64,000 nucleotides of DNA from NCBI GenBank assembly GCA_965223005.1, contig CBDCVK010000010.1:1184001-1248000 (forward strand), written 5' to 3'. Shown piece after piece: positions 37,858 through 47,165 of this stretch (position 1 is its first letter; each line of letters starts with the position of its first letter). The position numbers and the translations under genes were made by a program. Source of the stretch: Terriglobia bacterium. GTDB lineage: Bacteria; Acidobacteriota; Terriglobia; JAJPHL01; JAPKYU01. The notes beneath the pieces are model-generated. The model saw only the letters and a program-made list of their open reading frames with translations. It did not search any database and had not been told where the DNA came from.

Positions 37858-40539
37858 TTATTCCCTGGTAATGAATTCATCCAGATTCAGCAGCACGCTG
37901 CTGAGACCCACCCACGCAGCGGCTTCGGCAGGCTCCACCCCGTCCACCCCCTGAGCGGGGAATACCTTCTCGATGGACTGGGGATCGCGCTCGAGAACTT
38001 CCTTTTGCTGCTGGTAATACCGGATGAGGGGATCTTTCTCCGCCGGACGGGGCTTGCGGGCCAGACACAGGCGGAAGGCATATTCAATCCGGTCACTTAA
38101 GCTCCCGGGCTTCTCTCGCAGCACCCTGGCAGCCAGGCCCTGCGCCGCCTCGAAAAAGACCGGGTCGTTCAGCAAGTTTAAAGCCTGCAAGGGAGTGGTG
38201 GAGCGCTCCCGCCGGCTACAGGAACTCAGCGAATCCGGCGCGTCAAACGTCGTCATTTGCGGATAGGGCACCATCCGTTGGAAGAAGGTATAGAGGCCCC
38301 GGCGATAGCGGTCCGCTCCCTGGCTCTCGTCCCAGAAGATCCACTCATTCATGCCAAAGCCGAGTTCCAGGACACTGGTAGGTAACGGCGGGCGCACGCT
38401 CTTGCCCCCGATGGCCGGGTTCAACAGGCCACTGGCCGCCAGCGTCACGTCCCGGACCAGCTCCGCCGACAAGCGAAGCCGCAGTTGACGCGCCAGCAAC
38501 TGGTTGGAGGGATCGCGCTCTTCCAGCTCCGGGCGGATCTTCGACGACTGCCGGTAGGTGGCCGAGGTCACCAACAGCTTGTGAACCTTCTTCACGTTCC
38601 AGCCGTTGTCCATGAACCCCACCGCCAGCCAGTCCAGCAGCTTCCGATGCGCGGGCGGTTTGCCACGCGTGCCAAAGTCCTCGGAGGTTTCCACCAAGCC
38701 CCGGCCAAACAACTCCTGCCACATCCGGTTCACCGTTACCCGCGCCGTCAGCGGGTTCTCCGTCGATACCAGCCATCGCGCCAGGCTGAGGCGGTCGGCG
38801 TGACCATTGGGGGAACGCAGGGGCGGTAGGAACGCCGGCGTATTGGGTTGAACCTCTATGCCCGGACGATCCCAAACACCCCGAATGAGTAAATGCGTCT
38901 TAGGAGGAGTAGGGTTCTCGTTCAGGGTCAGCGCTTCGCTCAGGGCCGGATATTCCCCCTTTAAATACTCCAGCTTTTTCCGAAGCTCCTTAAACTTTTT
39001 CTTCTCTTTTGGTCCAAATTCAGGTGGGGGCCACTTGACCAAGTGATCTACGAGCAAGTCCTGTACCTTCTGGGAGCGTTGAGAGGGGGGAATCCGGATG
39101 AGGTCTTGCGCGCCGTCGGTCCCGTGGTCGGGGTCAACAGCTAGGTAGTGCCATTCGACTTGCCACGGGAGACTGGCGGACTCGAGATTGTCGCCGGTTT
39201 CCAGCATCTTCTTCTCCCACTCTGGATAGAGTTTCGGCACACCGTAGTCGGCCAATAGCTCCCGTCTCTTCTTGTCATACTCCGGCTTCCGCAGAAGGTA
39301 GGGCCCCAACTCCCCGGGCAAAGGGGCTTCAATGTTGACTTCCTGGCCGGTATCAAAGAAGGCGTACAGTTGGTAATAGTCTTTCTGGGTAACGGGATCG
39401 AACTTATGGTCGTGACACTGCGCACAACCCACCGTCAGGCCCAGCCACACGGTGCCCAGAGTATTGGTGCGATCCAGCACCTGCTCATTGCGCCTCTGTT
39501 CCAAAGGCATGCCGCCTTCCCGGTTGGTCAGGGTATGGCGCAGAAATCCGGTCGCGACCTTCTGTTCCACCGTGGCGTTGGGCAGCAGGTTACCCGCCAG
39601 CTGCTCAATGGTGAACTGATCAAAGGGCATATTGCGGTTCAGCGCGTCGATCACCCAATGACGCCAGCGCCAGGCATGGGATCGGGCCCTATCGTTTTCG
39701 TAACCGTCGCTCTCGCCATAGTGCGCCAGATCGAGCCACTGACGGGCCCATTTCTCCCCGTAGTGGGGCGAGGCGAGCAGCCGGTCCACCAAACGCTCAT
39801 AAGCATCAGGCTGGTTGTCGGCCAGAAATTCATCGACTTCCCGGGGGGTAGGCGGCAGGCCAATCAGATCCAGACTCACCCGCCGGATCAGCGTAGTGCG
39901 GTCAGCTTCCGGCGAAGGTTCAATCCCTTCCGCCTCTAGCTTAGCCAGCACAAACGCATCGATGGGATTTCTTATCCAAGTTCGATTCCGGGCCCGATTC
40001 CTGACCTGGGGCACCGCAACCCGTTGCGGCGGTATGAAGGCCCAATGGGTCGTCTGGGGCCTCTCGCTCTGAGCTGCTTCAGGACTGGGGGCCGTCCGCT
40101 GCTCAGGCCACTCGGCTCCTTGATCAATCCATGCCCGCAGGAGCCCCACTTGTTCGGGGGTGAGCTTTTCGCCCACCAGAGGCATCACCAAAGCTTCATT
40201 GTCTTTGTCTTTCTTTACCCCCGCTACCATCTGGATCAGCTTGCTCTCGGCACTCTTTCCCAGCAGGATAACGGCGCCCGAGTATCCACCCGCGAGGGCA
40301 GCCTCTCGACTGTCCAGCCGCAGACCTCCCATCTGCTTCTCTGGCCCGTGGCAGGACTCACACTTCTCTTTGAAGAGGGGACCGACGTCGCGCCCAAAAT
40401 CCACCCGGCTCTTGGCCGGCGGAGGCAGCGCCCCCTCATCAGTCTCGACGGCCGGCTGCAAGGCTGCCCATGCTGAGACGGCCACTAGGCAGCAACCCAA
40501 ACCCCAGATTCGAAGCCAGATTCGATGATTGTTACGCAT
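37858..40539 (-). CDS. PSCyt/PSD1 protein (second paralog)
   Basis: ATG at 40539 with GAGG RBS and signal peptide; CESCH and CAQCHDH; same DUF1549/DUF1553 motifs. Confidence 0.9.
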   Translation of the reverse strand: MRNNHRIWLRIWGLGCCLVAVSAWAALQPAVETDEGALPPPAKSRVDFGRDVGPLFKEKCESCHGPEKQMGGLRLDSREAALAGGYSGAVILLGKSAESKLIQMVAGVKKDKDNEALVMPLVGEKLTPEQVGLLRAWIDQGAEWPEQRTAPSPEAAQSERPQTTHWAFIPPQRVAVPQVRNRARNRTWIRNPIDAFVLAKLEAEGIEPSPEADRTTLIRRVSLDLIGLPPTPREVDEFLADNQPDAYERLVDRLLASPHYGEKWARQWLDLAHYGESDGYENDRARSHAWRWRHWVIDALNRNMPFDQFTIEQLAGNLLPNATVEQKVATGFLRHTLTNREGGMPLEQRRNEQVLDRTNTLGTVWLGLTVGCAQCHDHKFDPVTQKDYYQLYAFFDTGQEVNIEAPLPGELGPYLLRKPEYDKKRRELLADYGVPKLYPEWEKKMLETGDNLESASLPWQVEWHYLAVDPDHGTDGAQDLIRIPPSQRSQKVQDLLVDHLVKWPPPEFGPKEKKKFKELRKKLEYLKGEYPALSEALTLNENPTPPKTHLLIRGVWDRPGIEVQPNTPAFLPPLRSPNGHADRLSLARWLVSTENPLTARVTVNRMWQELFGRGLVETSEDFGTRGKPPAHRKLLDWLAVGFMDNGWNVKKVHKLLVTSATYRQSSKIRPELEERDPSNQLLARQLRLRLSAELVRDVTLAASGLLNPAIGGKSVRPPLPTSVLELGFGMNEWIFWDESQGADRYRRGLYTFFQRMVPYPQMTTFDAPDSLSSCSRRERSTTPLQALNLLNDPVFFEAAQGLAARVLREKPGSLSDRIEYAFRLCLARKPRPAEKDPLIRYYQQQKEVLERDPQSIEKVFPAQGVDGVEPAEAAAWVGLSSVLLNLDEFITRE

Positions 40540-40887
40540 GGACCTCAACCTGAGAGACTCGCGTACTGCCCGCTGATACACTCCTCCGCTAGTGCTATTG
40601 TACATTCTCGTCCTCGGGGGTTCAAGCAACCCTTGGGATCAACACTGGCGGTCAACGCGGGCATCAGCCCGGCTTGTCCCCTGGACGGCTTCTGAGCAGC
40701 TAGAGCGCGCTGCTGCCAGCCACTGGCCTTGGGTGTGGCTCAGAACGGGTCGAGCCCCCGGTACTCGAGCGGTATCTGGCGTCCCGAGGCAAGCAGCGCG
40801 GAACCGTTGCTTTTTGCGTAGTCTTCAGCTATCTTTGGATGCCGCATCATCTGCGCGGGAATTCCAGATGGAGAAGGAACCTAGTTC

Positions 40888-41583
40888 ATGAACGTGACTG
40901 CCAATACCTACCTTGACGCCATTGACCAGCAGGTTGCCACGCGCAGCCTTTTGCTACATCCCTTCTACCAGAGCTGGACCCAGGGGAAGCTCAGTCGCGA
41001 GGCTCTCGGCGACTATGCTGAGCAGTATTACCATCACGTTGCGGCCTTCCCCACCTACCTATCCGCCCTGCACTCCCACACGGAGGACGCCGTCGTCCGA
41101 CGGCACATCCTGGCCAATCTGATGGACGAAGAAGCAGGCACCCCGAACCACCCGGAGCTGTGGCTTCGCTTTGCCGAAGCGTTAGGCCTGAATCGGGAAC
41201 AGGTGCAGCAGGCGAAACTGTGGGACGAGACCAAAAGCCTGATTCATACCTTTCGCAGAATCTGCCGTGACCGCAGCCCGGCCGATGGCGTGGCGGCTCT
41301 TTATGCATATGAGAGCCAAATTCCCGCTGTGGCAGAATCCAAGATTGACGGACTGAGGAAATTCTACAGTTTCCGGAACGAGCGCGGCCTGGCTTACTTT
41401 CGCGTCCATGTGGAGGCGGATCGCGAGCACGCTGAGGTCGAGCGCGGGTTGCTGGAGTCCTACCTGAACGAAACTACGGCGACCTCGGCCACCGAATCGG
41501 CGGGCGAAGTACTTGACGCGCTGTGGGCGTTGCTGTCAGCAGTCTGCCGGCGCCACGGCATCGCTTGTCCGACTGCGTCCTGA
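40888..41583 (+). CDS. CADD-family heme-oxygenase-like dimetal oxidase (probable pABA synthase)
   Basis: HPFY, NLMDEE..NH..LW, ALYAYESQIP, YF.VH..AD.EH; 231 aa. Confidence 0.88.
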   Translation: MNVTANTYLDAIDQQVATRSLLLHPFYQSWTQGKLSREALGDYAEQYYHHVAAFPTYLSALHSHTEDAVVRRHILANLMDEEAGTPNHPELWLRFAEALGLNREQVQQAKLWDETKSLIHTFRRICRDRSPADGVAALYAYESQIPAVAESKIDGLRKFYSFRNERGLAYFRVHVEADREHAEVERGLLESYLNETTATSATESAGEVLDALWALLSAVCRRHGIACPTAS

Positions 41584-41738
41584 CCCGCAGACCTGAACCC
41601 TCGGTCTGGCCCCTGCCTGTTTTTTCCCGACTAGTGCGTCCGCGCGGCGAGAATGGTAAGCTGGTGTGGGAAGACCTTTGATGGAGAGGGTTGTACCTTT
41701 GAGTTTGGCTTCTTGTTTTCTCCCGGCGAGGTGAAGCC

Positions 41739-42611
41739 ATGGACCGCAAGCCCGAGGCCGCAAGCAAGATTTCTGCCCCGCTGATTCTCGATCGCAAGCT
41801 GCGTGGGGAAAAGATCACCTGCCTGACTGCGTATGACTATCCCACAGCCCGGTTGGTGGACGAGGCGGGGATCGACATGATTCTTGTGGGGGATTCCCTG
41901 GGCCAAGTGGTTCTGGGCTACGAATCGACGATCCCGGTGACGGTGGAGGAAATGCTCCACCATCTGCGGGCGGCGCGGCGAGGGACGCAGCGCGCCCTAT
42001 TGATCGTTGATCTCCCCTATGGCTCCTACCACCCGAGTGAAGAAGAGGGCCTGCGGACCGCCATTCGCTTTTTCAAGGAAGGAGGCGCCGAGGCGGTGAA
42101 AATCGAGGGAGGCAAGAAGCGGATGGGCCTCATTCGCCGCCTGGTCGAGGCCGAAATTCCGGTGATGGGCCACATTGGCTTGACCCCCCAATCGGTTCGC
42201 GCCTTCGGCGGTTATCGCGTGCAAGGCAAGACCACCGAATCGGCCAACGACGCGCTGGCCGACGCCCAGGCTGTGGAGGACGCTGGTGCATTTTCCATCG
42301 TACTGGAAGGTATCCCGAGGGAACTCGCGGCCATAATCACCCGCCGGCTGCGCATCCCCACGATCGGCATCGGCGCCGGGCCCGAGTGCGACGGCCAAGT
42401 CCTAGTGATTCACGACCTTCTGGGCTTGAGTTTTCAGTCACAAGCAAAGTTTGTGCGGGCCTACGCCGACCTCACACAAACAGCGCGGGACGCGTTGGTG
42501 CGATTCCGCGACGACGTCCTGGTGGGCCGCTACCCGAGCGACCGAGAGTCATACCACTGGCCAGCGGGCTTGCGCGAACAGTTCGAGAAAGTGGACGTAA
42601 ACAAAATATAG
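41739..42611 (+). CDS. panB: 3-methyl-2-oxobutanoate hydroxymethyltransferase
   Basis: LTAYDY, LVGDSLG, VKIEGG, GHIGLTPQ, IGIGAG..CDGQVLV. Confidence 0.97.
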   Translation: MDRKPEAASKISAPLILDRKLRGEKITCLTAYDYPTARLVDEAGIDMILVGDSLGQVVLGYESTIPVTVEEMLHHLRAARRGTQRALLIVDLPYGSYHPSEEEGLRTAIRFFKEGGAEAVKIEGGKKRMGLIRRLVEAEIPVMGHIGLTPQSVRAFGGYRVQGKTTESANDALADAQAVEDAGAFSIVLEGIPRELAAIITRRLRIPTIGIGAGPECDGQVLVIHDLLGLSFQSQAKFVRAYADLTQTARDALVRFRDDVLVGRYPSDRESYHWPAGLREQFEKVDVNKI

Positions 42612-42737
42612 GTTCCGCAAGGCGTTCAACCCGGCCTTACCGCAGCTTCCCGCTCCATGCCGCTTGAGTCGGACCTTGGTTATTCCGAGCTTGGTTATCC
42701 GGTCAGCTCCCCACACAGTTGCCTGAGGCGTATGGCG

Positions 42738-43658
42738 ATGCGGCTTTTCACCTCCATCACGGAAATGCAGGAGTTCGTCAGCCAGACTCGGGGTGCTGGC
42801 AAGTCGCTGGCGCTCGTTCCCACTATGGGGGCGCTGCACGAAGGCCACTTCAGCCTGGTGCGCGAGGCCAAGCGGCACTGCGACGCAGTGGTAGTCTCGA
42901 TGTTCGTGAACCCCACACAGTTCGGACCCAGCGAGGATTTCACCCGCTATCCGCACAATCTGGAAGAAGACCTGGAACTCCTCCGTCCCTACAACGTTGA
43001 CGCGACTTTCGCCCCCAGCACGGCGGAAATGTACCCGGAAGGATTCCAGACCTTGGTGGAACCGGGCGCCCTCGCCGCTCCTCTTGAAGGCGCGTCTCGT
43101 CCCGGTCATTTTCGAGGCGTTGTCACCGTGGTCCAGAAACTGTTCCACATCGTGAGTCCGGACGTGGCCTGCTTTGGCCAGAAGGATTTTCAGCAGGCAG
43201 TGGTGATACGCCATATGTTAGAAGATTTAAACCTGGTCGTTCGTTTGATCATCTGCCCCATCGTCCGGGACCCTGACGGGCTGGCGAAAAGCTCGCGGCA
43301 TACTTACCTGAGCCCTGAAGACCGCCAGACGGCGCTCGTGCTCAACCGCAGCCTTCGTCGGGCCAAGGAACTCGTCGAGGCGGGACAAACCGAGGTCCAG
43401 AAGCTGCTGGAAGAAATGCGGAAGGTCTTCTCTGGCCAGCCACGGGCCCGCCTTGATTATCTTGCCATCGTCGATCCGGTCCGGTTGCAGCCTGTCGAGC
43501 GCGTCACGCCCGGCTGCGTGGCGCTAGTAGCAGTATGGGTTGGACCGGCGCGATTGATCGACAACCTGATCTTCGGTCCCCCCGGTGCTAGTGATGAGAT
43601 GCTTCTTGAATTGGCGCTAGGTCGACCTGGAGTGCTGAAGCGCGTCACGGATTCTTAA
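42738..43658 (+). CDS. panC: Pantoate--beta-alanine ligase
   Basis: VPTMGALHEGH, FVNPTQF, RPGHF, FGQKD, RLIDN; start 42732 or 42738. Confidence 0.95.
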   Translation: MRLFTSITEMQEFVSQTRGAGKSLALVPTMGALHEGHFSLVREAKRHCDAVVVSMFVNPTQFGPSEDFTRYPHNLEEDLELLRPYNVDATFAPSTAEMYPEGFQTLVEPGALAAPLEGASRPGHFRGVVTVVQKLFHIVSPDVACFGQKDFQQAVVIRHMLEDLNLVVRLIICPIVRDPDGLAKSSRHTYLSPEDRQTALVLNRSLRRAKELVEAGQTEVQKLLEEMRKVFSGQPRARLDYLAIVDPVRLQPVERVTPGCVALVAVWVGPARLIDNLIFGPPGASDEMLLELALGRPGVLKRVTDS

Positions 43659-43715
43659 CAGGGTAGCAAGTTTCAGAAGAGGGGTAGCCGGCCGTATCTT
43701 TGCGGTCTGCGTGTC

Positions 43716-45560
43716 TTACTTTGCCCTGGAGAATACCACCAGCTCAAGTCCGACGATGACGCCGCGGCCCGGCATGGGAATTCCGGCAATCTCTTGGTAG
43801 GCTGTGTTAGTCAGGTTGCTGAATTGCAAGAACGGACGGAACCGGCCGCCGGCTCGGGCCAGATATAGGTCCCACAGAGCATAGGGGTCGCGGGCGAACC
43901 TTTTTGTGGCACCTACCCGCGTGCGGGCGAGCAGTCCGTGCGGCAGCAACGCCCGCCAGGAAACCACCGCAGCTTGGGATGGGTAGTTGAAGACATAGCG
44001 CGAAGGGAATCCGAGCAAGTCCGACTGGGCACCGTGCAGGGCCGAGTAGCGGAAATCAAGCCAGTGGGAACGAGCCACAACTGTGCTGACGGAGGCTTCC
44101 AGTCCCGTGAAGCGGAGACGCTGAAAATTGGTCGCCCGCCAGATGTCGTCGGGAGAGCGCCGAACCCAGTCAATCCCGTCGCGCTCCCGCCGCTGAAACA
44201 CCACAACCTCCCCACGCAATTTTCTCCCGGCGTTCCAGTCCAGGCCTCCCTCATAACTCCAGGCCTTCTCCGGCCGCAAGTCGGGTGAACCCTGATTGGC
44301 GGGGTCGTGATAGTAGAGGTCAGTATAGGAGGGAAGGCGGAAAGCGCGGCTGACACTTCCCCGAAGCTTGAAGTGCGGCGAGAGCCAGACCCCAGTGCTG
44401 AAAGTGGGGCTGAACTGGCTGGCCAAGGTGCTGTAGACCTCCTCCCTGACTCCCAGCGTGAAGGAGAACCGACGCACCGCCCGGACATCCAGCGCCAGGT
44501 AACCGGCCCCGCGCGAGCGGGCATGTTGGCCCAGGTTGTTGCTATCAATCGAATCGCGATAGCCTTCCACTCCGTAATGAAGCTTGATGTTCTGCCGCAG
44601 GGGTTCTTGCCGACGCAAGCTGGCCTGAAAGCTCCTGGCTGCGTGTCGGTTGGTGAAAACTTCCGGGCGGTCCCGGAACAGGACAAACAGGTCCGTGTGC
44701 CGACGGAACGCGAACGACGCCACTGTGCGCGGCCCAAATTGCTGTCGCACGGCGGCGTACCAGGTCTTGGTGCGTTCCCAGGAGTTGAAATTTCCGTAGA
44801 ACTGGTCGGCCCCGAAGGGGCGGTCATTGTGCGCCAGGGTCAGATCGGTCTCGCCCAGCCGGGATGACAGGTCCGTCGTCGAGCTGATCGAAAGGTTGCG
44901 GTAGTCCCGGTTGGGACTGAACCCGGAGGAAAAATCCCGGGAGAAACTGATTTGTTCGGCAACCCGTCCCCGGACCAGGGCCAGCGTGCCGCGCTGTTGG
45001 TTCACGCCGAAGTTGCCTACCGAGCTGCGGAGGCGGAACTCGGAAAATTCCGGCGTCTTTGTGATGATGTTCAACACCCCACCGACCGCGTCCGACCCAT
45101 AGAGCGTCGAGCCAGACCCGCGCAGGATCTCAAGGCGGCTGACCGCAGACAGCGGCACTGGGATGTCCATGTTGTGGTGCCCCGATTGCGCGTCGTTGAT
45201 CCGCACGCCGTCCAGCAGAACCAGCGTCTGGCCGAACGTTCCTCCCCGGATCGACAAATCCGACTGCACGCCGTCCGGGGCGCGGCTGCGCAGATCCAGC
45301 GACGGATCCAGCCGCAAAAGGTCCGCCAGAGTATTGGTCATCAGCTCCAGTTCGCTGACATCGAACGTGCTCACCGACCGGTCCCGGTCTTCCAGTGGGA
45401 TTGGCTCGTAGCTGCCGGTCACAATGACGGACTCATGCCGCGTGGGCTGCTTCTCCTTGTCTGACGCCAGGTCTGACGCCGGTTGGTCGTCCGACGCCAG
45501 GGCAGAGGAGCAGAAGAGCAACAAGAGCAGAAACAACATCAGCGCAAATATTAAACCCAT
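43716..45560 (-). CDS. TonB-dependent receptor (BtuB-like plug/barrel)
   Basis: Signal peptide from the ATG at 45560; ESVIVTG TonB box, SIRGG..QTLVLLDG, EILRGSGSTLYGSDAVGGVLNIIT. Confidence 0.88.
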   Translation of the reverse strand: MGLIFALMLFLLLLLFCSSALASDDQPASDLASDKEKQPTRHESVIVTGSYEPIPLEDRDRSVSTFDVSELELMTNTLADLLRLDPSLDLRSRAPDGVQSDLSIRGGTFGQTLVLLDGVRINDAQSGHHNMDIPVPLSAVSRLEILRGSGSTLYGSDAVGGVLNIITKTPEFSEFRLRSSVGNFGVNQQRGTLALVRGRVAEQISFSRDFSSGFSPNRDYRNLSISSTTDLSSRLGETDLTLAHNDRPFGADQFYGNFNSWERTKTWYAAVRQQFGPRTVASFAFRRHTDLFVLFRDRPEVFTNRHAARSFQASLRRQEPLRQNIKLHYGVEGYRDSIDSNNLGQHARSRGAGYLALDVRAVRRFSFTLGVREEVYSTLASQFSPTFSTGVWLSPHFKLRGSVSRAFRLPSYTDLYYHDPANQGSPDLRPEKAWSYEGGLDWNAGRKLRGEVVVFQRRERDGIDWVRRSPDDIWRATNFQRLRFTGLEASVSTVVARSHWLDFRYSALHGAQSDLLGFPSRYVFNYPSQAAVVSWRALLPHGLLARTRVGATKRFARDPYALWDLYLARAGGRFRPFLQFSNLTNTAYQEIAGIPMPGRGVIVGLELVVFSRAK

Positions 45561-45722
45561 CTGCGTCCAGCCGGGTGAGGATTCTTCAGCGTGCGGGTTT
45601 CTTGATCGGAATGCCGGGATCAGCGGTGAGCACACAAGCTTCTGTCTTTGTTGGCCATTGGCAAAGGGGTGTCGTAGCTCTAGATAGAAATTGAGCAACG
45701 GTCGAAGAACACCTGCCACCAT

Positions 45723-45980
45723 TTAGCTACCGGTGTGTTGCGCTATGATGGCTTCCAGCCCAGGGACCTCCCGCATCAGCTCGGTTAGCGGCAGTTCGCC
45801 TCCAAGGCAGTCGAGGGCTCTCCGGGCACCTGCATCGCAGACGACGACTGCCATCGGTTCCTTGAAGCCCCAGGTCCAAATCCGGGAGCGCAGCTCATGC
45901 CTGCCGGAGTAGACCTTCTCGATGGGGATAATGGTTACCCCTGAGACGGTTACGGCTCGACCGGCGTGCAGGCCGCTCAT
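45723..45980 (-). CDS. Small GerW/YtfJ-like protein (divergent)
   Basis: ATGA overlap; G.AVTVSGVTIIPI...KEPMAVVV echoes the GerW pattern of 46564-46920. Confidence 0.55.
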   Translation of the reverse strand: MSGLHAGRAVTVSGVTIIPIEKVYSGRHELRSRIWTWGFKEPMAVVVCDAGARRALDCLGGELPLTELMREVPGLEAIIAQHTGS

Positions 45981-46549
45981 TTTCGCCTCGATCGAACCAG
46001 CATCCACGCCGCACCCAAAGTGGCGGGTGAGAGCAGGAAAAGGACACTGAGGTAAGCGAGCTGGATCGGGATTAACCGGATCGTCCCCCGAGCATCGGCT
46101 TCAAAACATTCGTCCGTAAAGGTGGGGTCCAACCTGACGGTCACCCTAGGGCTGATTGTCAGAAGGCCGGTCAACGGTCCCGCAATGGCCCACAGGTATC
46201 CGGTCTCAGCCGGATCATCCATCCCTATTCGGAGTCGCAGGTCGCAAGCGCGGACACGCACCGACTTGAGAAGGTCTCCGCCAAACCGCAACGAGCGATG
46301 TCGGAAGGCAGAGCTGCGAAAGGGAATCATCAGACGGCGAGCAAAGCGAGCCCGGCCTACACGCTTCTTAGGCGGCCGCGGCCGCCGCGGCCGCCGGGAA
46401 GGCATCCGGAACCGGAACAGGCCGTACATCCAACCGACGAACACCTCGGCATGGAATGATTCGCGCCGCTGAACCCGGAAGACAAGATCCACCGGGATGG
46501 CCGACAGCAGAACCACACCCAGCAGGCCTATGAGAGCCCATACGAGCAC
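45977..46549 (-). CDS. DUF2953 (YtfI-like) membrane protein
   Basis: N-terminal TM segment, RIGMDDPAETGYLW motif; GGAGG RBS. Confidence 0.75.
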   Translation of the reverse strand: MLVWALIGLLGVVLLSAIPVDLVFRVQRRESFHAEVFVGWMYGLFRFRMPSRRPRRPRPPKKRVGRARFARRLMIPFRSSAFRHRSLRFGGDLLKSVRVRACDLRLRIGMDDPAETGYLWAIAGPLTGLLTISPRVTVRLDPTFTDECFEADARGTIRLIPIQLAYLSVLFLLSPATLGAAWMLVRSRRK

Positions 46550-46563
46550 GGGAGTCCTCCCTT

Positions 46564-46920
46564 CTATTCGGAGGTCTCTTTGGCTCGCTTCTGGGTGGCC
46601 TTGCCGATGGTCTCGACCAGCTTCTCCAGCACCGGAGAGGCGCGGCGCTTGATCGGCTCCACGCGCACGCCTTCCTTGGTGATTACAATGACGGCCACGG
46701 GCTTGATCCCACCTCCGACGGCCGTCCCGCCGCCGCCGCCCTCTCGCTTTTCGGAGTCTTTTCCTTGGCCGCTTCCCGCGCCCAGGCCGAAGCCAAGACT
46801 GACCAAGGGAATCAGCGTGTTCTCACCGGCGACAATGGGCTCGCCTACCACTTTCTTGGTGTCTAAGAGACGCTCGATCTCTGCGAGCATAGTCTTCGCA
46901 ATCTGTTCCACGTCCGGCAT
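46564..46920 (-). CDS. GerW/YtfJ family protein
   Basis: VVGEPI...LIPLVSLGFGLGAGSG...GGGGG..GGGIKPVAVIVI; AGGAGG RBS. Confidence 0.85.
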   Translation of the reverse strand: MPDVEQIAKTMLAEIERLLDTKKVVGEPIVAGENTLIPLVSLGFGLGAGSGQGKDSEKREGGGGGTAVGGGIKPVAVIVITKEGVRVEPIKRRASPVLEKLVETIGKATQKRAKETSE

Positions 46921-47165
46921 AACCACCTCCTGTTCTGTCGAGCCAACAACCCATCTTCACATGAGTGGAACTCTGGAGGACAACCACGCTGCGATCTGCC
47001 GCCCGGTGCCCGAGGGACGGCAGGACGCCGCGCCAGTTTAACAGCCAGTCTAGCCAGTCTAACAGGAAGAAGGCTGGGATCGCTAGCCAGCGGGAGCAAG
47101 GCCCTGCACAAGTCCTTCTCTGGGATAACCGCCGAATCAAAGAGACAATCCACGCCAGAAAAGCG

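Noticed and set aside
45561-45722. Cobalamin riboswitch upstream of the BtuB-like receptor
   Set aside because: No B12-box or GGGAA core recognised; the receptor's substrate remains unassigned
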